A stretch of 64,000 nucleotides of DNA. Origin: Orbicella franksi. Taxonomy: Eukaryota. Shown piece after piece: positions 38,708 through 50,264 of the stretch. Positions within the stretch are counted from its first letter, which is position 1; each line of letters begins with the position of its first letter. The stretch spans positions 29,946,001-30,010,000 of the forward strand of contig OZ116701.1 in assembly GCA_964199315.1 (NCBI GenBank), written 5' to 3'. The notes under the pieces were generated by a model. The model saw only the letters and a program-made list of their open reading frames with translations. It had not been told where the DNA came from and ran no database searches. The position numbers and the translations under genes were made by a program.

Positions 38708-38833
38708 TTCAAGGACGAGATGATCAAACATTCATCAAAGGTTAAAGTTGATGACCTTCAGGGACTGATTCTCGTGACCTCTGTAGTGGCCAGTGCGACT
38801 GATAAAAGCGAAGAGCTCTCAGAAGAATCCCAG
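38708..38833 (+). CDS. PKD1-like exon 10
   Basis: tcttgtttag acceptor; FKDEMIKHSSKVKVDDLQGLILVTSVVASATDKSEELSEESQ; donor CAG|GTAAA. Confidence 0.82.
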
Positions 38834-39085
38834 GTAAATGAGATGAGATGAGACTTTATTGAACACTCCCCTGAAGGGCTTTTCCGTGATCAATACCTGC
38901 TAAACGAATAAAGTAACCTCGTTCCTTTGGACACGGAACGACGTAAAAAATTCACTGCGACAATAGCAATAAGTGCTTTGAGGTACTGAAAAGCCGGGAC
39001 ATCTTGCCTAAAAATGGTTTGCCGTGTTAATGGATCTCAAAAGATACTCAGTGAATTGATTGCGCTTTGATTGATCAGTGTGAGA

Positions 39086-39375
39086 CCGGGGGCGGGGGGC
39101 GACTCCCATACAAAAATGCAAGGCGAGAGTGCTCGTCGGAAATACCTCTAGGAGGTACCAAGATCCTGTTTTGTGAGCGTAGCTTGAAATTGTTTCACCC
39201 CTGAGAGGCACCAATTCTAAATCAACACTTAAACTGACGCCGACTTTCTTCGGCTCAGTACCCTAAACGATACCACAAAAGCTGCCGCCGTGGAACTTTT
39301 GAGGCTAAACACCCTAAAGAGATAAAACTGCTTTTAACTCCTAAAAGGTACGACGGTGTGGGAGTTCTCATCGGG
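39086..39375 (+). mobile_element. MITE (ccggggg...gactccc termini), intron 10 copy
   Basis: Internal gaggtaccaagatcctgttttgtg..cgt.gcttgaaa...ttcacccct.agagg is shared, inverted, with 42808-43100. Confidence 0.82.
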
Positions 39376-39606
39376 ATGCGAGAAGGAATCCGTATGCACT
39401 TGTCTAGTGTTCTGAAAAAGTTTCAGGTTCTTTCTTAACCCAACAATTCACTCGGTCCAGTCAACCATTCCCTGAAAGGACGGGTAGTTTGATTATCCAC
39501 CGAAAAATCTGAACTAGCATCAACATAGCACTTGGCAATCAGTAGGGAGAATTAATTGTTTAACCATGAAACTGAACAGATACTTGTATGAATTCCCCTT
39601 CCACAG

Positions 39607-39828
39607 TGGACCTCCGTCGACGTTCTGGAAAACATGGCAAACAAGTTTCAAAACCTCACCGACAAGACAAGCGAAAAAGATCCAAATGGTATGAAAAAGG
39701 CGGGAAATAATTTACTACTTGGAATTGGGAATGTGCTCGATGCGTCTTTTGCAAAACCTGAGACTCCAGAACTGGGTAAAACTGAGCAAGAGAAAACGGT
39801 GGAAGAAGAAAAAGTTAACGTGACAAAG
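39607..39828 (+). CDS. PKD1-like exon 11
   Basis: ccttccacag acceptor; WTSVDVLENMANKF...AGNNLLLGIGNVLDAS; phase 0/0. Confidence 0.85.
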
Positions 39829-40316
39829 GTTTGTAGCTTTTGTTAGTATTCTTTCATTTTTTAGATAGATATGAATAAAGGGTTTATTTGCTAAGATGCG
39901 TTTCAATAGGGCGTAGAGGATTCAAATTCACCGTACAGGGCCAGTTTTCACCGACACCGGCAAAATCAATCTTGTGGGAATGAAAAATGAACACAGCAGG
40001 ACCGTCAATGAGCTAAGCATCATTTCATGTTATTTAACTGTCCTAAGAGATTCAATTACCGCGACAGCGCGTGCAGACGCAGATAACAATGGCCCAGTAT
40101 TAGTCTAGGTCTGCTCACGTGTTCATTTATTTTGCATTGTTCTTGTTTCTTTTTGTTTGGTAATTTTACAGTTATGCCATCTTTACAAAAAATAGATCTT
40201 TTAGAAGGCTTCTCTGGGGGCAAAATTGACATACAATAAAGTAGCCGGTAGCTACTGACCAATCCGAGCGCCCAGAGCCTCTTAACATAGTTGGTGTTTG
40301 TTTTTGAATTCAACAG

Positions 40317-40565
40317 ACAAAAGTCCTGGCCCAAAAAGCATGGACCCTGATCAGCAAGGTCGGGGACAGCATGTTATCGTCGCAAGAGGTTGGTGACGAG
40401 CCTCTTGAAATGGAGACCAAGGCAATATCCATGAGGTTAGACAGACAGCTTCCAAGTGCAATCAGCGACAAACCCGCCAAAATAAATGGCAGCAAAGTGA
40501 CATTCCCACCCCCTGAGAAGTTGTTGGGCTCAAAGGCAATGGGCATGGCGCACGTGGACACACAG
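40317..40565 (+). CDS. PKD1-like exon 12: GAIN region
   Basis: TKVLAQKAWTLISKVGDSMLSSQEVGDEPLEMETKAISMRLDR...VDTQ; donor CAG|GTAGC. Confidence 0.87.
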
Positions 40566-40704
40566 GTAGCAATAAGACAGTAGTAATTTGTGAAGTATGA
40601 TCGTCTGAGTAAGGTTGTCCTGAAATTATGTCTGTCGCTGGTTCGTACAACATTCCTTTCAGTACCACTGTCGAACAGAATGTTTAGGGAAGATGAAAAC
40701 GTAA

Positions 40705-40809
40705 AGACGGACAGACAGACAGACAGACAGACTGACTGACTGACAGACACACAGACAGACAGTAAGACAGACAGACAGACAAACAGACTGAGGGAGTGAC
40801 TGGCTGACT

Positions 40810-40841
<32 letters not shown>

Positions 40842-40868
40842 AAAACTGATAGATGGACAAACAGACAA
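40705..40868. repeat. Compound (GACA)n/(GACT)n microsatellite (intron 12)
   Basis: Direct reading; it explains the spurious VCLS-repeat ORFs. Confidence 0.95.
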
Positions 40869-41169
40869 CGTGACAATATTTTTACTCGGGGTCAGAGGAG
40901 TCATCTGTTACGTGACGTAAAGAGGATGCAATCTCAACCTTAAATTTAGGAATTGTAAACGTGTGTAAGTCTCGTTAAGAAAAAGGTTTAAGAAAAAAGA
41001 AACAATGCAAAGCCGAATTAAATGTGAGAAGCTGCAGCGAGTCTGCTTTAAACAGTATTCAATGATTAGCTTCGTTCAGGATCGATGAGGTGAGCAAAGA
41101 CTCTGGGAACGATTTTATAATTGTTGAACCACAAAGCCGCAATGTACTAAGAGATTTAATATTTCCTAG

Positions 41170-41937
41170 ATGCTTTCTATGAAACATAACCCCTTCTCGT
41201 GGGACAAAAGCGCCAGTCGTGTGAAGTCAGCCGTAATCAGCATTGACTTGAAGGACGAGAAAGGAGAGCTATTAGACGTGTCGGGTCTGTCTCAAGAGAT
41301 CGAGCTTAACATCAAATCCGACCGACCACAGGACGACCAAAGTCCCGTGAGCTCGTTCGTAAAACCGAGTATCAATGGCAGCATGACATATCACCGAGTA
41401 GTGATTTCCTCAGACGAAATGACGCTAAGCGTGAAAATTGTTCCGTCCAATGGAACAAGGCAACAAGTATACTTTCGCCATCTTAAGCGGCCAACGATTG
41501 AGACCTACGATTTCATGGCTGAAGTCCCGGATTTTTCGTCTTGCAAAAAGCGCGCGAAAAAATTTGAAGATGCTTCGCACACCGCAATGTATGATGGATA
41601 CTTCAACTGCACCAAGGATCCACATTTGTTAACGCTTTCTAGTGACGTCACGGGCCATATTGGCTTGCATTATATCGGAATTCGATTGCCTGGCTCGAGC
41701 AAGGATTCCGGGAAAAAGACACGAAGACGAAGATCCTGCTCAGAAAACGGAAGACAGAAAAGGTCTGAAATATGCGTGGAATTTAAGGATCCCCCAACCA
41801 CCCCTCCCCCAACACCAAGGATGGATATCCCTGTTTTTGATCCCAGCACTGATGTGAACTACACTTTGTCCATCTCCATGGGAGCCTGTTTGTATTGGTC
41901 AGAGAGTAAAGAGAAATGGACATCTGAGGGTTGTAGG
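41170..41937 (+). CDS. PKD1-like exon 13: GAIN domain and first half of GPS
   Basis: MLSMKHNPFSWD...CLYWSESKEKWTSEGCR; donor AGG|GTAAGT. Confidence 0.93.
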
Positions 41938-42082
41938 GTAAGTGACCTTATCGTTGGGACTACGCTTTGTGGTTGGTTGGAAAAATACTACTACCATCTG
42001 GTTTAACAAATAAGAGCAACCACGTTGTTTTCTTAGCCAATCAGATGCCAAAACTTACTTTGCGTTGTTTTCTTGATTTAAG

Positions 42083-42319
42083 GTTGGCCCAGATTCAGCC
42101 AATGGCTCTATCCAGTGCCTCTGCACCCATCTCTCCGCGTTTGGAGGCGACTTCTTAGTCGCTCCGAATCCCATCGACTTTGATCAAGTGTGGGACGCCT
42201 TCAGTAACATCTTGGAGACCAAGAACTTTGTGGTCCTTGCCACTGTGTGTGCGATGCTCGGTTTATACATAATCGCGGTGGTTTTTGCTCGAAGAGCGGA
42301 CAGAAGTGACAAGCAAAAG
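42083..42319 (+). CDS. PKD1-like exon 14: GPS cleavage site and TM1
   Basis: VGPDSANGSIQCLCTHLSAFGGDFLVAPNPIDF...FVVLATVCAMLGLYIIAVVFARRADRSDKQK. Confidence 0.93.
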
Positions 42320-42807
42320 GTTAGTAATTATTATTATTAGTGGTAGTAATTTTAGGATAAACGAGTCTGTTGGGTTCCGACCTAGGAGTGGATGGCACGG
42401 TGAGCTAACGTCTAGAGAAGAGGTGACAATTCTCTTAAGAAAATCAGAGGGGATTAAAGGCCTTCCGAACAGATAATTTACCGAACGGGCATGCCGATCC
42501 ACGATATCAACTGACTTTTTCGATCCCTGACTTGGGATTGAGAGGACGAAGCCTTTGATCTGTTGGCGATCCAAAAATAGCGCTGTGTATGTTGATGACT
42601 GCAATTCAATCGATGAAGCTTTGACTCCTCTACATACGCCCAAAATTTCAAGTCGAAGTGAAATCACCTTTACTGCCGACTTATCCTAACATCTCTTTAA
42701 GCCGGTCCAAGAATAATTACAATGTGATGTTTATCAACTTGAAGGTGGTAAAGGTAAATTAATCGCTGTGACGAATTTGGGCAAAGCCTAAGTCGAATCT
42801 ATATTCA

Positions 42808-43100
42808 TGGGGGGACATGGGTGCTCATCATACCTTTTAGGAGTTAAAAACGCGGTTTTGGTACATCTTAATGCGTTTAGCCTCAAAAGGTCCACAGCAG
42901 AGGCTTTCGCGGTACCTTTTAGGGTATTGAGCCGAAAAAATATGACAGGAGATAATGTCTTGTTTTAGAATCGGCACCTCTTAGGGGTGAAAAACATTTC
43001 AAGCCACGCCCACAAAACAGGATCTTGGTACCTCTTAGGGGGTTCTTTTCAAACTTTCCTACGAGCACCCATGTTCTTTTTATATGGGAGTTCCCCCGGG
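42808..43100 (-). mobile_element. MITE of the same family as 39086-39375, opposite orientation, intron 14
   Basis: Reverse-complement similarity across ~250 bp; terminus tatatgggagttcccccggg. Confidence 0.82.
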
Positions 43101-43304
43101 CCTATGTTTCGCGTGTTCGCCCTTCGTCGGGGCAAGATCAACCAATGCCAAAGAACTATCACCCTTGCGTTGAGGTCGACTGACGTTGTAGGGTGGAATA
43201 AGACCAAGTGAAAGTTCGTAGTTGAGGGAAGAGAGGCTTTTCTTAAATGAAACTTAAGTCAATAATTAACTTCGATATTAATTCATTGTGTTATTAAATT
43301 TTAG

Positions 43305-44408
43305 GTGACACAAGTGATTCCGTTGGGAGATGCGAACACCAGTAACCATTGCTACGAGCTGTCGATCTACACTGGCTTGTGGCGACGATGCGGTACGTCG
43401 GCTAATGTCGCCATAGTGATTTACGGAGATGATCGAGACACTGACGTCATTCCTCTGAACTGCAGCACCATGTGCAACAAGAAGCTCTTTGCTCGAGGAA
43501 GCGTCAACACCTTCATTTTGTCGCTAAAGGAGTCGTTGGGCGACCTATCGCACATCAAAATCTGGCATGACAATTCTGGCGACAACCCCCAATGGTTCAT
43601 CAGCAAAATCGTCATACGGGATCCCAAGACCGACACCACGTGGTACTTTGTGTGCAACCGCTGGCTGGCAGCCGAGAGGGAGGATGGTAAGATCGAGCGC
43701 GTCCTATATGTGTCGTCACACGCAGAAATCAACAGTTTTAGAAACAAGTTTTACAGCAGAGCGTCCACGGGGCTTGGTGACGGGCATATCTGGCTTTCAG
43801 TGGTTACTAGACCTCCAACGAGTCCGTTCACGCGCGTCCAACGTGTGTCGTGTTGCTTGTCCGTATTGATGTCAGTAATGGTCACTAACGCGATGTTTTA
43901 TCAATTCGGTGCCGAGGACACCAGTGGCTCTTTTCAGCTCGGTCCTCTGGTGCTGAGCTGGCAACAGATCATTATCGGTATGCAAAGTGCTGTGCTAGTG
44001 GTTCCGGTAAACGTGTTGATCGTGTTCATATTCCGTAACAGCAGATCCAAACGCGAGGTCACGCAAGCTTATAACACAAACAGTGACAGCCTCACGCAAG
44101 AGCAAGAAGTGTCACGCAAATCAGGCTACGTTCTGCCTCGGTTCTTTGTGTATGTTGGCTGGGCTCTGTGTATTTTGACCTCGCTGACTTCAGCTGCCTT
44201 CACCGTTTTCTACAGCATGATGTGGGGCACTGAAGTGTCCAATAAATGGCTCACCTCCATTCTGGTCTCCTTCACTCAAGACGTGTTATTTATTCAGCCA
44301 ATCAAAGTGGTAATCGTGGCTTCACTGTTAGCGTTTATCATCAAAAAGGCGCCAGAGGATGACAGTGTTAAAGGCCAACTCAAGTCTGTGGCGCATTCTA
44401 AAGTAAAG
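43305..44408 (+). CDS. PKD1-like exon 15: PLAT/LH2 domain and TM2-5
   Basis: YELSIYTG...GTSANV...LFARGSVNTF...IKIWHDNSGDNPQWF...WYFVCNRWLA; donor AAG|GTAAGT. Confidence 0.95.
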
Positions 44409-45149
44409 GTAAGTAAGAGTCATTGCACTGTTTTTTTCCTGTACTTCAGACGCCCCCGGAATGGGTATTTTGAGCTCAAGAATCACTCCGTTTAATGCGC
44501 GACATACCGTTTCTCAATAGTTTCGAAAGCCCTCAAATGTTTCTCGCTTAAGTTTGACGCGTCGTCGCAGCTGATTTCCGTTTTGTAAACGGTCGATGCC
44601 ATCATTGGTAACCAAGCCTTTCAGAATGGACGATGCCATATCTGCTTTAGTTTAGGCCTGGACAAGATAGAAACTGGTTATAATTTGTTGATAGAGCAAA
44701 ACGCACTCGGTTTGCCTGCGGTTAGCTTTTATTTGATGGTTGGGGCAACTCTATCATTAATATTTAAGAAAGTCACGTTTTATTAAATTTTGTGGAGATT
44801 TGGCGGTACAACCAGGTAGTGTAGTGATGTAAGAGGAATGTTAGGAAAAAGGTTCCAGGTTCGATACTGTGTGGTTACTTACAAATTTTTTTTTCTTTAA
44901 TTTAGTAGAGAAAAATTCGTTGACAGTTGAAAAAATTTCTAAGTGTCACGAAAACGGCATCGACCGTTTACGAAACGGACAACTACGTCGTCGCAGCACT
45001 TATTGTTTCCCGCCATGACACGCCGCATTTGTCACAGGTTGCAAACGTTTCCAGCCAAAATCTTTCTCGTATCTTACTGATTCTTCCCTGTATTCACTCT
45101 CGTCTGAAGCGTACAACAGCTTTGTTACGTTGCTTTTTATATATGTTAG

Positions 45150-45365
45150 GGTGAATCTCACAAGCCACTCAAACCAGACAAACAACAACTGGAGCGTTTT
45201 AGAGAGTATCGCTTGAGAGTCCTGATCATGGCACGAATACTCGTCGAGCTCGCATTCTACCTTCTCTTTGCCTGGGCACTAATGGTTATATGCTACGGCA
45301 GGAGAGATACCGGGCACTACTGGATGACAAATGGCATTGACGAACTGTTGCCCAAATTTCACAAG
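45150..45365 (+). CDS. PKD1-like exon 16: channel S1
   Basis: GESHKPLKPDKQQLERFREYRLRVLIMARILVELAFYLLFAWALMVICYGRRD; phase 0/0. Confidence 0.9.
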
Positions 45366-45464
45366 GTAACAGTGTAAAATTGGAAATTTCCACATCACTA
45401 GTTCCACAGAAAAGTGGCCAGAAGCCTGGGTATTTAAACCTATTGAAGAAGCTCCTATTAGTAT

Positions 45465-45575
45465 TTTCTTACTTATTTTTTCCTTACCTAACTACCTACC
45501 TACCTAACAACCTACAAACCTACAAACCTACTCACTTGCTTACCAATCTAACTCCCTGCTTACTTACTAAGTTAA
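45465..45575. repeat. Degenerate (CCTA/CTTA)n tetranucleotide tract (intron 16)
   Basis: cttacctaactacctacctacctaacaacctacaaacctac... Confidence 0.75.
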
Positions 45576-45651
45576 TGAGTCAGTCAATTGATAGATTGGC
45601 GAGCTGGTACAAGAAATCTAGAACAACTTCTTACTAGCTATTTTCTATCAG

Positions 45652-45823
45652 ATTCACAACGCTGATACATTCTGGGCCTGGACAAAGAGATACCTGGTTC
45701 CTGCCATGTATGAAGTTAAGTGGTACAATGGACAAGCATTTGAGTATAAAGATGGATTCATATCGGACTTGTCGGGCTACCTGGTCGGCATGCCTCGCCT
45801 CAGACAACTCAGAGTTAAAGCAG
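45652..45823 (+). CDS. PKD1-like exon 17: TOP/polycystin domain
   Basis: IHNADTFWAWTKRYLVPAMY...YLVGMPRLRQLRVKA (GxPRLRQLRV motif). Confidence 0.92.
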
Positions 45824-46007
45824 GTGAAAATAATTGACTTAAATAAGCCATAAAACACACCGTAGATGACATAACGTCAAAAACGTTTGACTCCTACTTT
45901 TTTACTCTTTTAAATATGTCCTTTAAGCCTTGTAAAAATTAGTTGTTTACGTTCTTGTTCTGGAATTCCTCTCTTTCGTGTAATTTTCATTCATTTTTTT
46001 TCTCCAG

Positions 46008-47872
46008 GTCCATGCCCAATTGCACCTCGATTTCCTGAGTTTAGAACAACATTGCGCCCCTGCCTTCCGCCTTACAGCATGACTGACGAAGACCAGACAC
46101 GCTATAGCATGCCGAAATGGCGCCAAATTCCAGCCAACGAAACGGCGCTATTGTCAGAATTCGCGCTGCGCGAGATGTGCCCGAGACCTTGGCGTTATAA
46201 GAAGTCGGACGAGCTTCACAACCTTCCTCAACAGGGCTTGAGGGGGCTCTATGGCGGAGGAGGCTTCGTGGCTGATCTAGGCTACACAAAGTCATCAGCA
46301 TTAAGGGTCATACACAACCTGCAGAACAACTCCTGGATTGACGAGAGAACGCGGGCCGTGTTTGTCGAGTTTATGATTTTTGACTCGTCGACAGATCTCT
46401 TTAGCGCTGCATCGTACATCTTTGAGGCTCTGCCCCTGGGCGGGGCTACCACATTCAAGAGAATCAACACGATGTCATTGTACGGAGCCAGGTCAACTGG
46501 GACGCGTTCTATAAGCGCGGTTTGCGAGCTGATAGTCCTACTAATGGTCTTCTACTTCATTGTAGCCGAAGCAATTAAAATCTGGAAGGAAAAGTGTAAA
46601 TACTTCAAGTCTGCGTGGGCCTATGTGGAAATGGCGCAAATTCTAGCGGCAACAGCCACAGTCGTGTTATCGATCTTTCGAAGGTATCACACAACAAAGC
46701 TAGTGAACAGAATTCACAAAAACCCCTTTGAAACATCAAGCTTTCACTACGCAGTGCTGTGGTCAGATCTTGAAAACGCGCTTATGGCCATTCTGGTGTT
46801 TATTTTAACCGTAAAAGTCCTTAAGATCCTCAAGTTCAACGAACACATTTCTAGCTTAGCAGCAAGCATGGCACGTTGCCGAACAAAAATCATCTCTTAC
46901 TCGGCGGTTTTCATGGTGGCATTCTTGGCTTTCATGCAGATTGCGCTTCTCGTCTTCGGAAGCACCACGAAGGCGTACTCGAGCGTCTCCGAAGTCTTCC
47001 GAACACAGTTCGGAATGTTCATCGGGGGAGATACGAACTATCACGAGCTTAAGGACGCCAATCGGATTATTGGACCCATCTACTTCCTTCTGTTTATGAC
47101 AACCATGGCATGCATATTAATAAATATGTTTCTGGCCATCTTGAACGAGTCTTACAGAGAGGTGAGAATTTATCCAGATCGTGACACAGAGGAGTACAAA
47201 ATGTTGGAAGTGTTTGTCGATTACGCCAAGAATGCAATGGGTAAAAGGCTAGACTCGTGGAGAAACGCCAAATTCTTTCCTAAGAGAAACAGCTACAGCG
47301 TTGAGACTCAACAAGAAAAATCCAAAACAGAACTTGAAGAAACCCACAAGTACACAGCAGTGTCGTGGAGTACCTACGATTTAATCTGCCAGAAACATCT
47401 GGACAACAACGACGCAGCTATCGAGACGTCGTTTTTCAAAGACATTCGAAGGCACTTAAGAAATATCAGCAACGAACTGAGGGAAATTTCTGTCGTGCAT
47501 CGCTCGGGGAAATACAAAGTCCACGATGTGCAGAAGAATTTTGAAAACGAGGCAGAAAGAGCCTGCACCGACTTACGGACACCTTGTAAAGGACTCGGCT
47601 TGGAGAAAATCTCCAGCAAATGTAGTTTATTTAGTTTGAGCGAAAGCACGATGTACCTAGACAGACGGAAGGGCCGAGATTCCATCAGAAGGTTGCTCAA
47701 CAACGATGACAACTCAGACGAGGAAGATGGCGATTGGGATGACCAGACATCTTATGCGGAGTCCATGGGAACTTTTTTCGGGAACTCTCGATCTGGGAAC
47801 GTTTATGACCCAGAAAGAGAACCTTTCAATGAGTCAGACGATTGGTCTTTGGATCGAGAAAGCTATATCTAG
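46008..47872 (+). CDS. PKD1-like exon 18: TOP, S2-S6, pore and C-tail
   Basis: ttttctccag acceptor; YGGGGFVADLG...WIDERTRAVFVEF...ILINMFLAILNESY; TAG at 47870-47872. Confidence 0.95.
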
Positions 47873-48466
47873 AGTTGAAAGGGCGAGAGATCGATTGTAC
47901 ATACATACAGCATACATTAGTTCATAGGACACTTCCTCCAAGCGGACAGAAGATCGCGATCGACTCTGTTGATAGTTAATTAATTATATTTGATTGTATT
48001 TCAATAGAACCCTACTATTCGAACCAAACTGCAGTGCTGCTGTTTAGGGGTGAACGGTCGTTAATTTCATTCAAGCACTAAAATTATTGTCAGCCAACGT
48101 GAGAAGAGATACCGACATGACTGGTTCGGTGTTTCGGCGAATCATAAATTTTCACAAGTATTTTTGGAGAAAGTTTGACGAGGAATATTTTTGAGAGGAT
48201 CTATGGTTAGGTTGGAGAGGGGGAGGGAGGGAGGAAGATTTGTGAGCACGGCTATTTAAAGAGGGGGATGTTGACTGTTGGTTCGATTTAAACTTCTCGG
48301 TCTCTTTTGTTCTCACGCACCTTTCGCTCCCCCCTCCCCCCTGTGGGAGGGGTGGAGCGGAAAGAAGCCACTTTTGCCCTTGCACGAGGGACTCCTCAAC
48401 TATTCTCCGCCATAAAACGCCAACATTTATGCAAATCATACTCGAACATTCGCAAGTCGTGTATAC

Positions 48467-48472
48467 AATAAA
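48467..48472 (+). terminator. Candidate polyadenylation signal of the PKD1-like gene
   Basis: First AATAAA I found after the stop codon, about 600 nt downstream. Confidence 0.3.
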
Positions 48473-49043
48473 ACTTAACATTCACAGCTATTCCAGCTTG
48501 TCACTCATAAGCAGCCCAAAGGGCTATGAGAAAGCGCGCTCTGATTGGTTCCCTGTTAATAGGCTATCGACTCATATCCTATGGATAAAAACTTGGCGAG
48601 AAAAAAATAATCAACACAGCGTTTCTCATAATCCACGGGCTGCCTGTGTGATAACACAATTATTCCCTTCTATCCTTTTTCATATAATTGGTTATTACGT
48701 ACTCTAGTTTTGTGCAATAACTGCCGAGTATTCTTGAACATGTTAATATTTTTGTATATTTTTCTTTGACGCTACCAACTTTTTAAAAGAATATATCGAT
48801 TCTGCTTTTCTTCACTGAAAACGAAAACAGTGAGAAAAGATTAATAGTTTTCGATGTTTGTTTTGTAATAGTGCCCTGAAAATGTGCTGAACGTCATAGA
48901 AATTTGATTTATATACAGTTGAATAGTTAATTATTTCACAGGGGAAACAGAAACACGGTAAAATACCAAACTAGTGAATGGCCGTTTTCGCGGGTTTTGA
49001 CTGGATTATAAAAGTGAGCTAGTTTACTTTACAGAATTGAATA

Positions 49044-49286
49044 CCGTAAACTGCCGCTTATAAGCGCCTCCCCCCCCCCCCCACCCCCCGATATAAGACC
49101 CCTCTCTAACTTTCCTTGTTTTAACTTCATTTTAATATTATGTGTTAAATCTTAATTGCTAAAGCTCCTTTTCAAATGCTCTTTTCATTCCGGTTATTAG
49201 CCCCCTCAAATATAAGCCTCTCCGTTTATAAGCCCATTTAAAAACCCTTACGAAGTTGTATAAGCCCAGAGCTTATAAGCGGCAGT
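49044..49286 (+). mobile_element. Tc2/pogo-like MITE (TA + CCGTA terminus)
   Basis: ta|ccgtaaactgccgcttataagc left TIR; gcttataagcggcagt right TIR (truncated); internal ttataagccc repeats. Confidence 0.7.
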
Positions 49287-50264
49287 ATAAAGAGAGTGTT
49301 CAATTGACTTTTTGGATATGTTATAAAACGATTTTCCTGAAATAGTCTCGGTTGACGGTAAGATTTGACGATATAAACCTCTAAAGAACAGGAAGGTCAG
49401 CAAGCCAAGATAAAGTTGAAAGCATGAGGCCAAGATATTTTAGAGATTTGTAAACACACAATAAAGGACTGTACATTGAAAAAAAAAAGATATTTTGTAT
49501 CCTCCACACAACTCATTGCAGAATTTAATCTGAGCCAAAAACAGAAATCACTTGCTGCACACCAGTCATTCGCGAGTTCGTTCATCTGAGCTGAATAATT
49601 ACTCGAGAAACCATGCAAATATTGCATCTCGATTCATATTTGGTTCTCTTTTCATGATCCTCCGGCACTTAAATACCGGTATGCCCATAACAAAGGAGAA
49701 AGCTGACAAAACCGTGTATAAACACGTTGGGGGGGGGGGGGTACTCATTAACTCTTTGGGTGGGGGTGTGCCTATAGTACACTGAAACCCTTCCCCTGTA
49801 CTAGACCATTATCAGTTTGATTTTGAAACCCTATTCAAGACTAGGCACCAAAAACTCCTACCCCAACCCAGGTGTCCAGAAAAGTACGTCAAGGCTACCT
49901 TAACGGTTTCATTGAATTTAAAGCACGAAGTAAAGTTCCTTCGTAGCATGTGTGCGTACTAACGAGAGTCCATCATGTGCAAAGAGGTCGGTCTCTCTCC
50001 GTCTCCCCCCATTCCTTCCAAGAGATAGTTAGGCCTGTGGTACCCATCTTGCCTAGTCGAGAAGGGAATTGTTTTGAGCAAAAGCAGGGCAGTCTTCGCT
50101 CCCTCGTGTTCCACCCACATTAGATTCCAATCCCCGTCTACCAGCTGCTTTCATTACCAGTGAGTACCAGAATTTCCTTCTCCAAGCATCAACAAGACAA
50201 TTAACTTTCCGTTAAACTTTACAAACACGTTCATGCGCACAACATCAGTCAAATAGAAAGCATA

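Larger units (their letters stand above)
28184..47872 (+). other. Gene span: 18-exon polycystin-1 family (PKD1-like, often annotated PKD1L2-like) receptor-channel, 2462 aa
   Basis: 18 GT-AG exons with compatible phases sum to 7389 nt. Recognisable motifs: F5/8C, SEA, REJ, GPS (CLYW...W...GC...CLCTHLSAF), PLAT and the polycystin channel. Confidence 0.93.

Noticed and set aside
40310-40904. 188-aa and 81-aa minus-strand ORFs with VCLS repeats
   Set aside because: Translation artefacts of the (GACA)n microsatellite plus exon antisense.
42263-42667. 134-aa antisense ORF and a plus-frame YVDD motif in intron 14
   Set aside because: YVDD lacks the surrounding RT motifs, and no phase-compatible open exon was found.
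43421-47712. Several antisense or alternate-frame ORFs over exons 15 and 18
   Set aside because: Shadows of long GC-richer coding exons.
48152-48481. 109-aa minus-strand ORF downstream of the polycystin stop
   Set aside because: Produced by purine/pyrimidine tracts and a small GC hairpin; low-complexity product.
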